NCBI GenBank assembly: GCA_051294905.1 | Contig: CM119372.1 | Location: 15,378,001-15,442,000 of the forward strand | Direction of reading: 5' to 3' | From: Botryllus schlosseri | Lineage: Eukaryota | Length of the DNA stretch: 64,000 bases | Shown here: piece after piece, positions 1 to 12,271 of the stretch | Position numbering within the stretch: the stretch's first letter is position 1 | How the letters are laid out: the number at the start of each line of letters is the position of its first letter | Translations under genes and position numbers: made by a program | Notes under the pieces: generated by a model | What the model was told of the DNA's origin: nothing | The model's database searches: none | What the model saw: only the letters and a program-made list of their open reading frames with translations

Positions 1-3000
1 CGAGATCTATCACCAGAAAAAAATCTGTGGTATGCATTTGTTACAATAGTTACTGGAACATTTCTAACACATGATTTCTGGTAGCAGGTATTGGTGGTGC
101 ATAATGAGGAAGATTTGAGACGCATTCCATGTCGACTTGAACCTATGCCTAAGCAACGGGTATTTGACCTATTTTGAATATTTGTGATGTAATAGGCCTG
201 TTGGATACACAAGATTTCATTGCAAGTTGATCTACATTTCCGATTCCATACATGCATCTTGAAATTTAAGTCAGTGAATTTCCTAATTGTGATTGCATTC
301 AGCTAAGTTTTGAATCAGATATATAGCAGTACAGTTCATTATTAGTAATGGTTAAGTGAATAAGTGTGCTTGATAAATATTTAGGTACAGTTGTTTGTTG
401 TTTTATGTGCGCTTCCAGTAGCCTTCAATACTTTCTTTGCTTGAAAAATTCCACAGAAGTCAAGATCTGAAAAGAAGCGTCGACCAGCGTCTGAAAAATG
501 CCGTTCGAAGAAGAAAACCCTGCAACAGGTATTTCGACTTTCAAACACGCTGCAAAGTCTTGACAATGATGCTATCTATTCATTTGCAGGAGATATCGAA
601 TTCAGCAGACGTAGCAGGAAGGCAGAATCCAGTGAAGAAATCCCAGTCGGATATTTCTGCAAGCGTGGCTTTGGTCAGAAAATGCGCAAATTCCATTTGA
701 GCTTCCTTTGTAAATATATTTGATTAACGATTCGTTCAGATTCCAAAAATAGAGCAATTGGGGAGCTGCGAGTATACCAGATATCCGTCTCCACCTCGAC
801 ATAAACCAAATAACGAACCCAGGGTAAGTGAATTTGTATTATCGATTGCCTCTTTTTATATATGCTGATCCAGATGGTTTGCAGCTCCTTTGAGGCTAGC
901 AAGCAAGTACAGCGGGTCTATCCTTTACTGAGTTGCAAATTTCTAAGTAATTGTAAATAACTTTACAGAGGAATGTGAAATACAGAACATTGGGTCATGG
1001 GGACAATGCTTGTTTGCAACAGGTATCATTTTCCTGATAGATAATTGAATATGGATTGATTCTCTATCGTTTTCTTATCAATTTAGAATGGTGGAAGGAA
1101 CGTTTCGATTGAAGGAATCAAGTATAGGAGTCGATCCGTGTCGAAGGTGATTGTTTATTTTCATCCGATTATATGCGCCTGTACTCACACCTTATCACAT
1201 TTCAGGATGCACACTTGTCTCGCGGTGATCTCCTCAAACAAAGTTCATCGCCACAACAGGTATAAACTGTCATGCTTATCACTTGGGTTGGAATCAAATA
1301 AAAAAAACTACGATGTGACTATAGGCTGAAAGTATATTTGCATACACCCCTGTTTCTCTGTGATAAAATGTAACTTTCGAAGCTTATCACACATTTGATA
1401 AAGTTGCAAACTATATAACAAATTTGATAGATCATTGCATTTCATAACTCTCTCACTTCACAGGTTGAACCTGTTGCAGTGCGTAGTCTTGGAAGTGACA
1501 TGGGGGATATGCAAGCAAAAAAGGAGATGAGAAGAGAAAAGATGCTCAAAACAAGCAAAGCTCCAAAACAGGTTGGATATTGTGTTGTTAAGAATTTATG
1601 TTGTTTTGCTGACTTTACTGATCAACTCCTGAATGGTATATAATCAGCAATTCTGCGGTGCAGAATGATTATTATTCACGCAAAATTTCAAGACACTTTT
1701 CAAGCTTATTTGGAGCTAGGCTGTTCAAAATCGATACACTACTCCCGATCTATTTCCTTCTTTTCCTCCAGGATCAACATCAATTTTGGTTCGATGAAAA
1801 TAAAGACTCTCTCTCTCTCTCTCAAGTTGAAACTGTGGAGCAACTTGAATTGAAAGATGTCTCGCTGAATCCATCTGCCAACTCGCAACAAGATATGCAT
1901 GTAAGCTTTTCTAACTATCTCAAGTTTTTCTTTACAAGTCAATGAAGTGTGTTAATGCTTCCTGTGTCTTTGCATGGTATCAATTGTGGTCGCCTGTATT
2001 GATTTGTTCATATAATTTTACTTATTGACCGATCCGAATATACAGTTATTTGTGAAAGATAGCGCGAACAAATCTTCTAAAAAGATCAAGAAGCGTAGTA
2101 AATTACTCCTACCGGTATAATGACCCCTATTTTCACCAGAAATCTAAAAGTTGCATGATTATTATATTCCAATAGGCATTTTTGCAATTGAGTTTGGACA
2201 CTTTTCAAGCTCTTGTTGACACTAGTCTGCTGAACAATCACACATTTTTCCTGATCTAGTCCTTTCTTTTTCTGCAGGATCAAAGTCATGTTGAAATTGT
2301 GAAACAACTTGAACAGAAAGATGTCTGTGGAAAGTCATCTGGTAACGCTCCACAGCATCCGCATGTAAGCTTTTGTAATACTATCAATTTTTTTAGTACA
2401 GGGTAATAAAATGTGTTATTGAGATTTAGAAAAACCTTTTGTCCGACATATGTATTCGAAGAGTTTTGATTGTACCTGTATTGCCCTTGTTGATTTGTTC
2501 ATATGAATTTACTTATAGACTGAGCCGAATATAAAGTTATGTGTGAGAGATAGCTCGGACAGTTCTTCTCCTAAAAAGATAAAGAAGCGTAGGAAATTAC
2601 CGCGGCAGGTACAATGACCCAGATTTTCCGCAACAATCAATGTATACTCATATAACTCCTTACAATTTTGGTTGAAATGTATTCTCAAATAGATTTTATT
2701 TGCTGGCAGGCGCACTTTCTCTCGGTAGATTGGTCACCATGTTAAATTTTATGAACTCGCCCGCTTTTTTACCAGCCATGTTACAGTAGCTCGATTGTTT
2801 CATTTCAGGATCTTCAAAATAGTGAAACGTTTGAGAATTTTGGATTGACATACGTCTCACCCAAACCATGTCGGAATGCTCCTCAGGTTTGTATTGTAAT
2901 ATTTTCAATGTTGGGCTTATCGGTGAAAGATGGCTATTTTTGATTCGATATAGTTCAATGTTTACATCGCAGACTATGTATTTCAGGCAGAGCCTGATCA

Positions 3001-5890
3001 AAAGTTGGAGGATAAGGCTTGCATCAGCGATTCCTCCACGAAAAAGATCAAGGATTTGCTAGATATTGAAACACTTGAAACCTCAAAGACATCAGAACAG
3101 GTAGATCACCATTCATTCGTTTTGTGTTTATAAATGGGATATATATTATACATATATTTTCAGGCTGACGAAAGTTTAGAAGGTTCAGATCTTGTTTTAG
3201 AAGAAATCGCACAAGAGATGGAAGCAAGCATTGTAAGATATGGCCCGATTATTTTGCACTATAGACCTATCTAGATTTCGTGTTGATAATTTATTCTTCG
3301 CATTTCAGACTGAGCTAGATCGAAAGTCTAACGATAAAGTTTGTGTAAGCGATTCGTCGATAAAAAAGGTCAAAAGCTTGACAAATTTGAAAGCATGTGA
3401 CACCCAGGATACACCGAAAATGGTAGAATTTCCATTCGTTCGTTTTATTTACTATTGCTATAAGTATATTGTGCATGTGCTTCCAGGTTAACAAAGTGTT
3501 CAAAGATTCCGATCTTATTTGGGAAGAAATTACGCAAGTGATGGAAGTGAACCCTGTAAGATATTGGCTGTCTTTTTGACACTACAGAGCTATCTAGACT
3601 TGCTTTATCGCATACTTTATATTTCCGAGTTATGAACTGGGTCAAAAGTCCAAACAAAAAGTTAACATTGGCAATCCCCCGATGAAAAAGATCAAGAATT
3701 TTCCACATTTTGAAACACGTAACATCCAGGAAACGCCGAAACCGGTAGAATGATCATTCTTCATATTATTGTTTGTTTGTTATTATTAAGTATGCGTGGT
3801 TTCAGGTTGACATAGTGTTGAAAGATCCCGATCTTATTTTGGAAGATGAATGCAATTCTTGGGTGAGTGAAATTTTGCTTTTACCTTATTCTGTCGCCAG
3901 TTACTACTATTATTTCGAATTGATTGTCGTAAATTTTCATGCCGCTATGTCATATATATTTGAGCCGTTTTATATTTATTAGGACCTGTCCGACGATGAA
4001 TGTGAAGATCTGACCAGGCTTCCTGAGTTTACTGCAGCAAGAACGGAAAAATTCGAACCAAAGCAGGACAAGGCTGATAAGAAATCCGAGGTTAGCATTT
4101 TTACTTGTTGTTTTCACAGGATATTTGCGGTATTCTCAGCTAGTCGGCGCTCGAGATTGGTGTGAACTATATGCAAATTTGCTAAGATTTGAGGCGTCGA
4201 CTTCTATCAGGGTAAATAGAGTACGTAAGGTTTTTATATGAATTTTGTCAACTATGAATACTTCATTTTGGTTTGTCCGACTTGCACTGCTTTTTCAAAT
4301 GGTTATGATTTCATAATACTTGTGCTTCTACTTGTCAGTTTCCAGTATTTTAGTCAAGACTGGATCTAGAATGTTTACTTTTTACATAACCCGAAATCTC
4401 TGCCTTTACTTTACGACGTTCGTGCTGGGACCGTGCCTCGAATAATATTCTGAGATACGTCTCGCCGTTAGAGGCCGATGTCGATGATGACAACTTTTCG
4501 GAACTTTTGAAGTCGATCGAAGAAAAGTTGCTGCGGAAAACGCAACCAAAGGAGCAAAACACGGCGGAAAGTAGAGGGGAATCCAAAACCAGAGTTTCGG
4601 ATGATATAGCAAATAGCGGAAGCTATTTACCAGAACAGGTACTCATCGCGCAACGATTTAGTACATTTATAATATTATTATTGTATAATAATATAGTAAA
4701 TATATATAAATATATTATAATTTATTATGGTTATCAAGGGACACCATTTTTTCTAATTAAAAAGAAGATTGTGCGTGCAGAAAGAAATTAAGTGCTTGAA
4801 AGTTGTGGAAAACGTGAAAACTTGTGTAATCGCAACAGCACTTTTTGGTAACATTTGACAACATTTTGTTCGATTTTAAATCGCCTCGAGTCGATGTCTG
4901 AATCGGAGCATTTTAGCAAACTCCGACTCCACCCTGTATGGATCGCGGACACATGAGCATGTCACACAATAGCATGCGGAATTTGAGCGTGTGGTTTAAC
5001 GCTAGGGGCTTAGGGTTGGGTTGGGGTTATGTTTAGGGGTATTTTGAAAGTATGATTGGAGTCAGGGTTCGTTCTGGGGTTGGAGTTCGGGTTATTTTGG
5101 TTTATCAAGTCACATGGCAAAGAGTTGCATATTTGACTCCAGCCAGAGAAAATTTAAGGAAACTTCGACTGCACATCCCTGGTTGAAACACTGGAATTTT
5201 GGAGGGCAACTCTAAACGGCGGAACGAGCGGACTGCGGAACTAGCGGAACTTGCGATACTAAACGTCGGACCAAGCGGAACTGCGGACCGAGCGGACCGT
5301 AACAAAATAGCTCAATACTAAACGGCGGACCGCGGAACAGCGGAATCTGTAATACTAAACAGCGGACCGAGCGGAACTGCGGACCGGGCGGACCATGAGA
5401 AAATAGCTCAATACTAAACGGCGGAACAGCGGAACATGTAATACTAAACGGCGGAACTGCGGACCGGCGGACTATCACGAAATTTGCAATGTAAACGGCG
5501 GACTACGGATCAGGCGCATCTCGTAATTTTCTCAAGTTATCTTTTCCTGGACTTTGTTGAAGCTTATATTTTCCTGAAAATTTTGTCAAGTAGTTTTATT
5601 TTGTCAAGTAATGTAATTCTTCAACGTCTAGTTATGAGTTACGACACAATTTTACTTTATTCCATGTCGTTTTGTACTTTATATGTTTTGTATTTCTAAA
5701 ATGTTGTAAACTTTTAATGGTCATGCGGGGCCTACGATATGAATATCGTAGGCTCCAGGTCATGACATTGTAATCTGTTGACACCGGACCACAGTGTCAT
5801 TTCTATAATAGAACTTCTATTAGCAATTTCATCATTTCAAAAGACTGCAACACTGCGATACAATGAAAAGATAGGAAGTTGTCGAATGGA

Positions 5891-6146
5891 CGGGAAAGAT
5901 AGCGCAGTGGTGAGCGCTCACCAATCTGGCGGACTTGGATCGATTCCGGTCGGAGGTTTATCTGGGCTCCTGTCCCCCTGCCGTTGCCGTTCTTACGACG
6001 ACCAAAAACGCCCAGTAAAAGACCCAACGAAAGAAAGCACCCACAAGGAATGGAAAGAACCAGCAGTATAAAGGGCCTCAACAAGTTCAAGATCGAAAAG
6101 AACTGCGTGACATCGGACACTAGGCCCAGGTGGATGCCAGATTAAA
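5891..6146 (+). mobile_element. tRNA-derived SINE-like element
   Basis: Pol III A-box-like TAGCGCAGTGG (5900-5910) and B-box-like GGATCGATTCC (5937-5947); no cloverleaf; ends in GATTAAAA. Confidence 0.5.
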
Positions 6147-6252
6147 AGGATCGCCATTGTATGCGTGTCGTTTGACATCGTCCTATTTGTTCATCACTTG
6201 GCATTGTGTCTTATCGCATTGTACATTGTGTGTGACTACAGATGATAAATAT

Positions 6253-6710
6253 TAGGCTTACCATACGTCCTCTTTTAAGAGGATTTGTCCTCTTTTTTGA
6301 CTTTTTTGAAAGTGTCCTCGGAGGACGCCCTTTTGTCCTCTTTTTTGAGATTTTGTCCTCTTTTTTGAAAATTTAGGCAGATTTAGAGCAAATTGACAGT
6401 GTTATGCCGCAAATTAGCACAGAACTGACGCTCCGGCGGGCTTGCGGAGTGGAAAACGCTGATTTTAGCTCTGAGCAGAAGTGATGACCTTTTTTTTTTT
6501 TTTTTTTTTTTTTTAGTCATCCACCTGGCAATGTGGGGTAAAAAATGTTATTGAGCTCTGAGCAGAAGTGATGACCTTTTTTTTTTTTTAGTCAATCGAT
6601 CACAAAGTGGGAAAAATTAACCGGTTTTTCAGAATTTTACTCCGGTTTTGCAAGTTGCAAATTTCTGAAAAAGTGTCCTCTTTTGGGATTTCCAAAATAT
6701 GGTAAGCCTA
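6253..6710. mobile_element. Non-autonomous hAT-like MITE
   Basis: TIR TAGGCTTACCATA; 8-bp TSD ATAAATAT/ATAAATGT; GTCCTCTTTT subrepeats. Related ends occur at 16133 and ~32344. Confidence 0.85.
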
Positions 6711-6910
6711 ATAAATGTAACCCAACTATATTATCCTCTTATCGTCCTGGACTGTGGTAATCAGTTTACACCAGGTTACACAGATCAAAGGTACTTCATC
6801 TGATGTCCCCGTGGGAAAATTACGTCATTTTCAACTAAGACTGTGAGAACCATAAAGGAAGTTGACCAGCGTAGTAGCAGTGACATCCATAATCTGACAT
6901 ATCTTCAAGC

Positions 6911-6995
6911 ACTGATTTAATGAGGCGTTCGCAGTTTCACTTTACGTTCAGTTCGTACTTACACCTGCATGGCTTAATCTTTGAGACAAGCATAT
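6911..6995 (-). rRNA. 18S rRNA 5'-region fragment (~85 bp, not a functional gene)
   Basis: The minus strand reads ATATGCTTGTCTCAAAGATTAAGCCATGCAGGTGTAAGTACGAAC…GTGAAACTGCGAACGCCTCATTAAATCAGT, matching the conserved eukaryotic 18S 5' end. Confidence 0.9.
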
Positions 6996-7412
6996 TCATC
7001 TTTGTCTGCTATTACATTTGTTCAGTCAGTCCACGATTTGTATTTGGGTAAGCTGTCGTCTGACCCGTCGTTTTCATTGAAAAATCCATCTGGGATTTGT
7101 ATACGAAGCTGTTATAAGTTTCCCTTGCCAAATTATCGTGTTCGAGCAACAAAACTACTTACTACATGTCAGAAAGCAAACAGTTGGTATTTCAACTTTA
7201 AATTAAACGGTTTATTTTGATATAGTCCAGAAACGTGACCACTGAAAAAGTGAGCAGATGAAAACCTACTGGCATGTTACAAAATAAAAAGTGCTTTCCT
7301 TATTTAGCTATAGACTAAGAGCACCATCACCGACGTGATGGAAACATCCATCGAAAAGAGAGCATCAGAGTTAGCTAGTTACATTTCATTAAAATTACTA
7401 CTCAAGTAGAAA

Positions 7413-8335
7413 CAATTAAATAGTATATTCATATTGAAACAGGGTGACAAGTCAATCTCACTTTTATAGTCTTGACTCGAGTCAAGTCGAGTCATTTTCA
7501 ATTCACCAATGAGTCAAGTCCGAGTCCAAGTCAGCGAGCAGAGGGTCGAGTCCGAGTCATGGTATTATGACTCGAGTCCGAGTCCAAGTCATTGTGTTGA
7601 CTGCTCAGTTTCCAGTTGAAGTCTTGTTAAACCTACTTTTTACAACTCTACTTGGTGATATCGAATGGTTCGCATTGATAATATAAAAATTTTGCTCACT
7701 TTTAGCAATTTCTGGTCGCATTTTCAAGTACTCGTACCAGACGAAATCCCAATAGTGTGATTACTTTACTATTCTTCGAAATTACAATGAATTGTCGAGA
7801 CATATGACATGGTTCGATTCATGCGTAATGACTCGAGTCCAAGTCGAGTCAATACACAAATTGACTCGAGTCGAGTCGAGTCATTTCCGTATTTTCATAA
7901 AATGACTCGAGTCATCGGAAAATCGGGACTCGAGTCATTACAGCACTATATTGAAATGAACCGGAATATTTTCGGCTGACACTCGTCAGGGGTAATCGTC
8001 AGCAACTAGTAGAGAATTCAAAAGAACAGAGTATATCAACAATCATATCACAAAATATGATGTTACAAGCACCCTAAGCACGTCCCTAAATCAGCATATT
8101 CATTAGAACGCGCTCGGAGAAAAGCTCACCCTTGACTCATCCGCTCAAGATCAAAAGCCATAAATTCTGCAATTGGCAAACACTTGTTGGATAATCCCGC
8201 CCGATAATTCTGTGTCACGATTGTTGATATACGCTGTTCTTTTGAATTCGCTACTAGTTGCTGACGATTACTCCTGACGAGTGTCAGTCGAAAATATTCA
8301 ATTGTATATTGAAGTTCTGTACCTCCAAGAAGCTA
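7413..8335. mobile_element. Penelope-like element remnant: inverted pLTRs with hammerhead motifs around a GIY-YIG fragment
   Basis: Minus-strand pLTR at 7413-8062 (interrupted). The plus-strand frame 8076-8198 reads KHVPK…SAIGKHLLDNP, resembling a GIY-YIG C-terminus, with one stop. Plus-strand pLTR at 8213-8333 carries CTGACGA…GAAA. Confidence 0.7.
7440..7948. mobile_element. hAT-like MITE rich in GACTCGAGTC palindromes
   Basis: 8-bp TSD TATTGAAA (7432-39, 7949-56). A related copy lies at ~59170-59598. Confidence 0.8.
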
Positions 8336-8399
8336 TTCAAGTAGAAACATACATAGAAATTTCCCCTCGATCAGAGATAGTCGTTAGGGCCTATATACC

Positions 8400-8592
8400 A
8401 GGTTTGTGGTGTGTTCGTAGAGTACTGCATTGCAACCAGGACATCATGTTTGGGGTATGTTTGGAACGTGTTGGTACTGTGTTGCAACCCGGACATCATG
8501 TCTGAGGTATGTTTGAGGTGTGTTCGTACTGCAGTGCAACCTGGACATCAAGTCTGGGGTATGTTTGGGGTGTGTTGGTACTACATTGCCAC
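8400..8592. repeat. 52-bp minisatellite (~3.7 units)
   Basis: TGCAACC.GGACATCA.GT.TG.GGTATGTTTG recurs at 8431, 8483 and 8535. Confidence 0.8.
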
Positions 8593-11500
8593 ACTTGAAG
8601 ACACCCCATAGTTACCCTAGACAAGATGACCTTATGTTCGGTATGCTCCTTATTGCCAAAATGGAAGGCACCCTTTCAAAAATTAGGAGAATTGTGACAT
8701 TTGCGAGTTGCGTCTGATCCGTGGTCCGCTGTTTACATTGTGGTCTTTGTAGTAGTCCGCTCGGTCCGCAGTTCCGCTCGGTCCGCTGTCTAGTATTGCA
8801 AGTTCCGCTAGTTCCGCGGTCCGCTCGTTCCGCCGTTTAGTATTGAGTTATTTTGTTATGGTCCGCTCGGTCCGCAGTTCCGCTCGGTCCGCCGTTTAGT
8901 ATTGCAAGTTCTGCTAGTTCCGCGGTCCGCTCGTTCCGCCGTTTAGTATTGAGCTTTTTTCTTATGGTCCGCTCGGTCTGCAGTTCCGCTCGGTCCGCCG
9001 TTTAGTATTACATGTTCCGCTGTTCCGCGGTCCGCCGTTTAGAGTTGCCCAATTTTGGATGATAGCAACATAATCTGTCACCCTTTACGATGCCTTGTCT
9101 TCTATTCTGTCACAATCCGCTCACGGCAATCGGTTCCATTCTAGGATGCCTCCGACGCGGATCCGTTTGATATTTCTGACATTTTTAAGTCGGATGATGA
9201 GCCAAAAACGACGAAAAACAAAGCTCTCAAAAAACGGGATAACGAGATGGATTCTCAAGATCCCGAAAAACAACCGGTATCCGACGATGAGATACCAAAA
9301 GGCGAAGCGACGATCCTCGGGATATTGGAGTTTCAAATGAAAATGGTGAGGCTCATATCTTGAAGATTTAGATGGGGGTAGAGATTGACGATTTTTTGCA
9401 ATCTTCTTCTACAGAAAGAGGCGCGTGGTTTGCAGCTTCAAAAGATGCAGGAGAGGTATAAGGAACTTGTGGTAAGTAAACGAAAGGAATTAGATTTCAA
9501 ACATTAAGGTTTTTACGATGATTTGATCCCAGATCATGTTTGATCGGTCAATACTTATACTGAATTTACATGCTATTGTGCCCAAAATTTTCATGAAAAT
9601 GATACCAGAGAATACTCGGAGTTGAATGTGTAGGTCTACTAATCGCATTTGTCAGGTTTCATCATTTGTTATTTCTCTTTTTAGGACGAGTATAAAGAAA
9701 TCGTCAACAAGAAGGTGAGTGTTTGATGTGACCTTTGTAAGACTTCTCGCAAACGAGTGTTTCCGTTTTCAGAAACGACCTGATAAAGAAAGCTTGTGCT
9801 CTTGGTCGTCAGCAATATCCAAGGTGACCTTATTGCTCTTGATATCATCGATACTGATATAGTCAATTCACTGCCTCGGATGCTGATACGTTGAATATTT
9901 ATCTTTCATTCTATGGCGGATCGCTGCGCGATCACGAATACAAATGTTATCCTTGTCCATCAACTTCGGAATAGGCTCCCATTGGCCATTAGCACTCGAA
10001 TGATTCACTGGCTTTTTTATTTCGCACAGCCCAATTGTTGATTTTGGTATGCTAGAAATATTACAAAAAGTTGCAAATCATAGCAGCCTATCCCACTATT
10101 TTAACGGTTTGGATGTTTATGATATAATCAGTTTCTTCTCTTTTACAGGATACTACAGACGATGACACTGACGACCAGTTATGTTGGAGTGAGCCTGAAC
10201 CGGCTAAACCAATAACAATACAGGAAATTATCGATGCTAAATCTAATACGGTATGTGAGACGTTGCTGTCATTTATTGCTCGCTTTGTCAAGCAATATTC
10301 TTTTTCATTTTAGAGAGAAAGGTACGGTCCAGTATTTGAACTTATGGAAACCAATTGCAAGACAATTTATGTGAGTATCATGAAATAATAGTGAGATAAT
10401 TTGAGAGGACCGCGGAATAATATCGACTCCAATATATGACACCAAAATTTGATTTGGTGATACTACTGAAACCTACTTGTGTACACTAAAAAAGTAGAAG
10501 TACTTCATTACTGACCACGTATGGCGCAATCTGTCCGTGAGATCATTTGCTGTAGTCTTTGATTAACTGTGTTTGTCGATTTGCAGAAGTTTCAAAGCGA
10601 TTTGTCGTTGGAAGACGACACATTAGAAAATACGACGAGCCATAAACCCGCGAAGGAAAATGAGGGAAAATATCAGTCCATGTCTGGAAAGGACTTGAAA
10701 AAGGCGCTGAACAAAGCTCTGAAAAAAATCAATCACACCAAAACAGCCGAATCAATTAAGACGAAAGAGGAAAGTGACTTTGTGAAATATCAGCAAAAAT
10801 CGGAGAAGAAAAAGCAAAGACGTCTGAAGAAAATGAACAGCGAGGGAAGGAAGGCTGGCTGGCGGAAAGTGGAAGAATTTCTCCGCGCCCAAGACAAGGA
10901 AGATAAAAAGAAAATGAAAATAGAGCAAGAGATAGAAAAGGAGAAGGCGAAAGAGCAAAAGAAACAGGAGGGAAAAGAGAGAAGGAAGCAAGAAAAAGAG
11001 ATGAAGAAGGAGCTCGAAGAAAAGAGAGAGGCCGAGAAAGAACGGCGCGAAAGGAAGGAGAGAATCGAAAAGGCCGCGGCACGGCGGCGTAAAGAGAGAG
11101 AGAAGCGAGAGAAGAAAGAATCTGAAGTTGACGAAGAATCGGAATCCAAGCACGTCGAGATTCATCAATCTTTGTGCAGGATGGAACATAAGCTGATGCG
11201 GCAAGAGAAACGACGAAGCAAAGTGCCGGTGGAGTGGCTCGGCCTTACGGATGGTGAGACTTTTGGACTATAGACCCTGCGTCGATTTTTAGTTATTTTT
11301 CCTACTTACGATTTTTGTTCCTGCGCAGGCTCCAGATCAAAAAAGAAACTCAGCGGTCATAATAAGAAAGAGTGTTCCAGGCCGCAAGACCCAAACTCCT
11401 CCCGCAGGGCTTGGGAATGGAGTAAGGATCCCGGTATGTTTTGATTTGCACCGTCTTTATCGCCAATGTCTAGATCGGCCGGCTCAAAATTTTTCGAGTC

Positions 11501-12271
11501 ACTGCCCCCTTATTGAGCTCGACATATCTTTATCGCACGAAATCCAGTACTGAAAGCAGTTCATATCTATTTGCAGCAATTAGTAGAGTAGTTTTGTACG
11601 TACACTATTTCTACTTCGACAGTTTTGATTTAGAAATGCGAATATTGGCATACTTAATTTTGTGTAGCAAAAAGTAGGGAATCAGACCACCTTCATGAGA
11701 GGTTGAATCGGCAGATGAGCCCAGGTCCAGGCAGGCTGTATAGCTCAAATGTTTCCCTATACAGAGCACATTTGGATAGGTGAAAACAGACTAAAGCCTA
11801 TCACTGCACCATCGATGTCCTTGAATTGGCTCTTAAAAACTTATTAACGCGTACACTTTCTGTGATACAGTAGTAATTCGTAATTCGATTTTTATTACAA
11901 TTTCGTTCTAAACCTATGATTTGGTGTTACAGTGCTGCCTTCAAATACCGAAGTTTCTTACACTCCAGTGGAACCTTTGAAGGTGTTTGAGCATGGAGAA
12001 TTTGAAGAACGATTGATTGCTACCATCAAGACTGGGATTAAACTTGTCATTGCGAAGCAAATGTGCTATAGTAAGTATAAGCCCAGTTTATGAGGATGTT
12101 GTTATAAAATAAGTGTTGGTACTTGCTCATATCTACTTGAAAATAACACATTATCCTCGAGTACTTCCGTGTTCTATATTGGTCGTCGGTTATTTTTGCA
12201 TGGTTTTCGTCATCTGGAATAGTTTATAGTCTGGTGATTCCTCCTGCTCTATACTTACTGTAACTGTGCAT

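Larger units (their letters stand above)
5204..9050. mobile_element. Foldback/MULE-like DNA element with long subrepeat-built TIRs
   Basis: Termini GGGCAACTCTAAACGGCGG. The ~320-bp arms are made of CGGAAC/CGGACC subrepeats. 9-bp TSD AATTTTGGA at 5195-5203 and 9051-9059. The empty site lies in arm B near 30345-30355. Confidence 0.9.

Noticed and set aside
698..700. Premature TGA in gene copy A
   Set aside because: Copy B shows the donor is upstream (GCG|GTAAGA). The alternative donor would leave a 30-nt intron, so the TGA is most likely intronic.
6911..6995. rDNA locus
   Set aside because: Only ~85 bp; the flanks are not rRNA.
10752..11204. F/S/L-rich antisense ORFs here and at 24489-25079
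   Set aside because: Shadows of the purine-rich K/E/R exon on the opposite strand.
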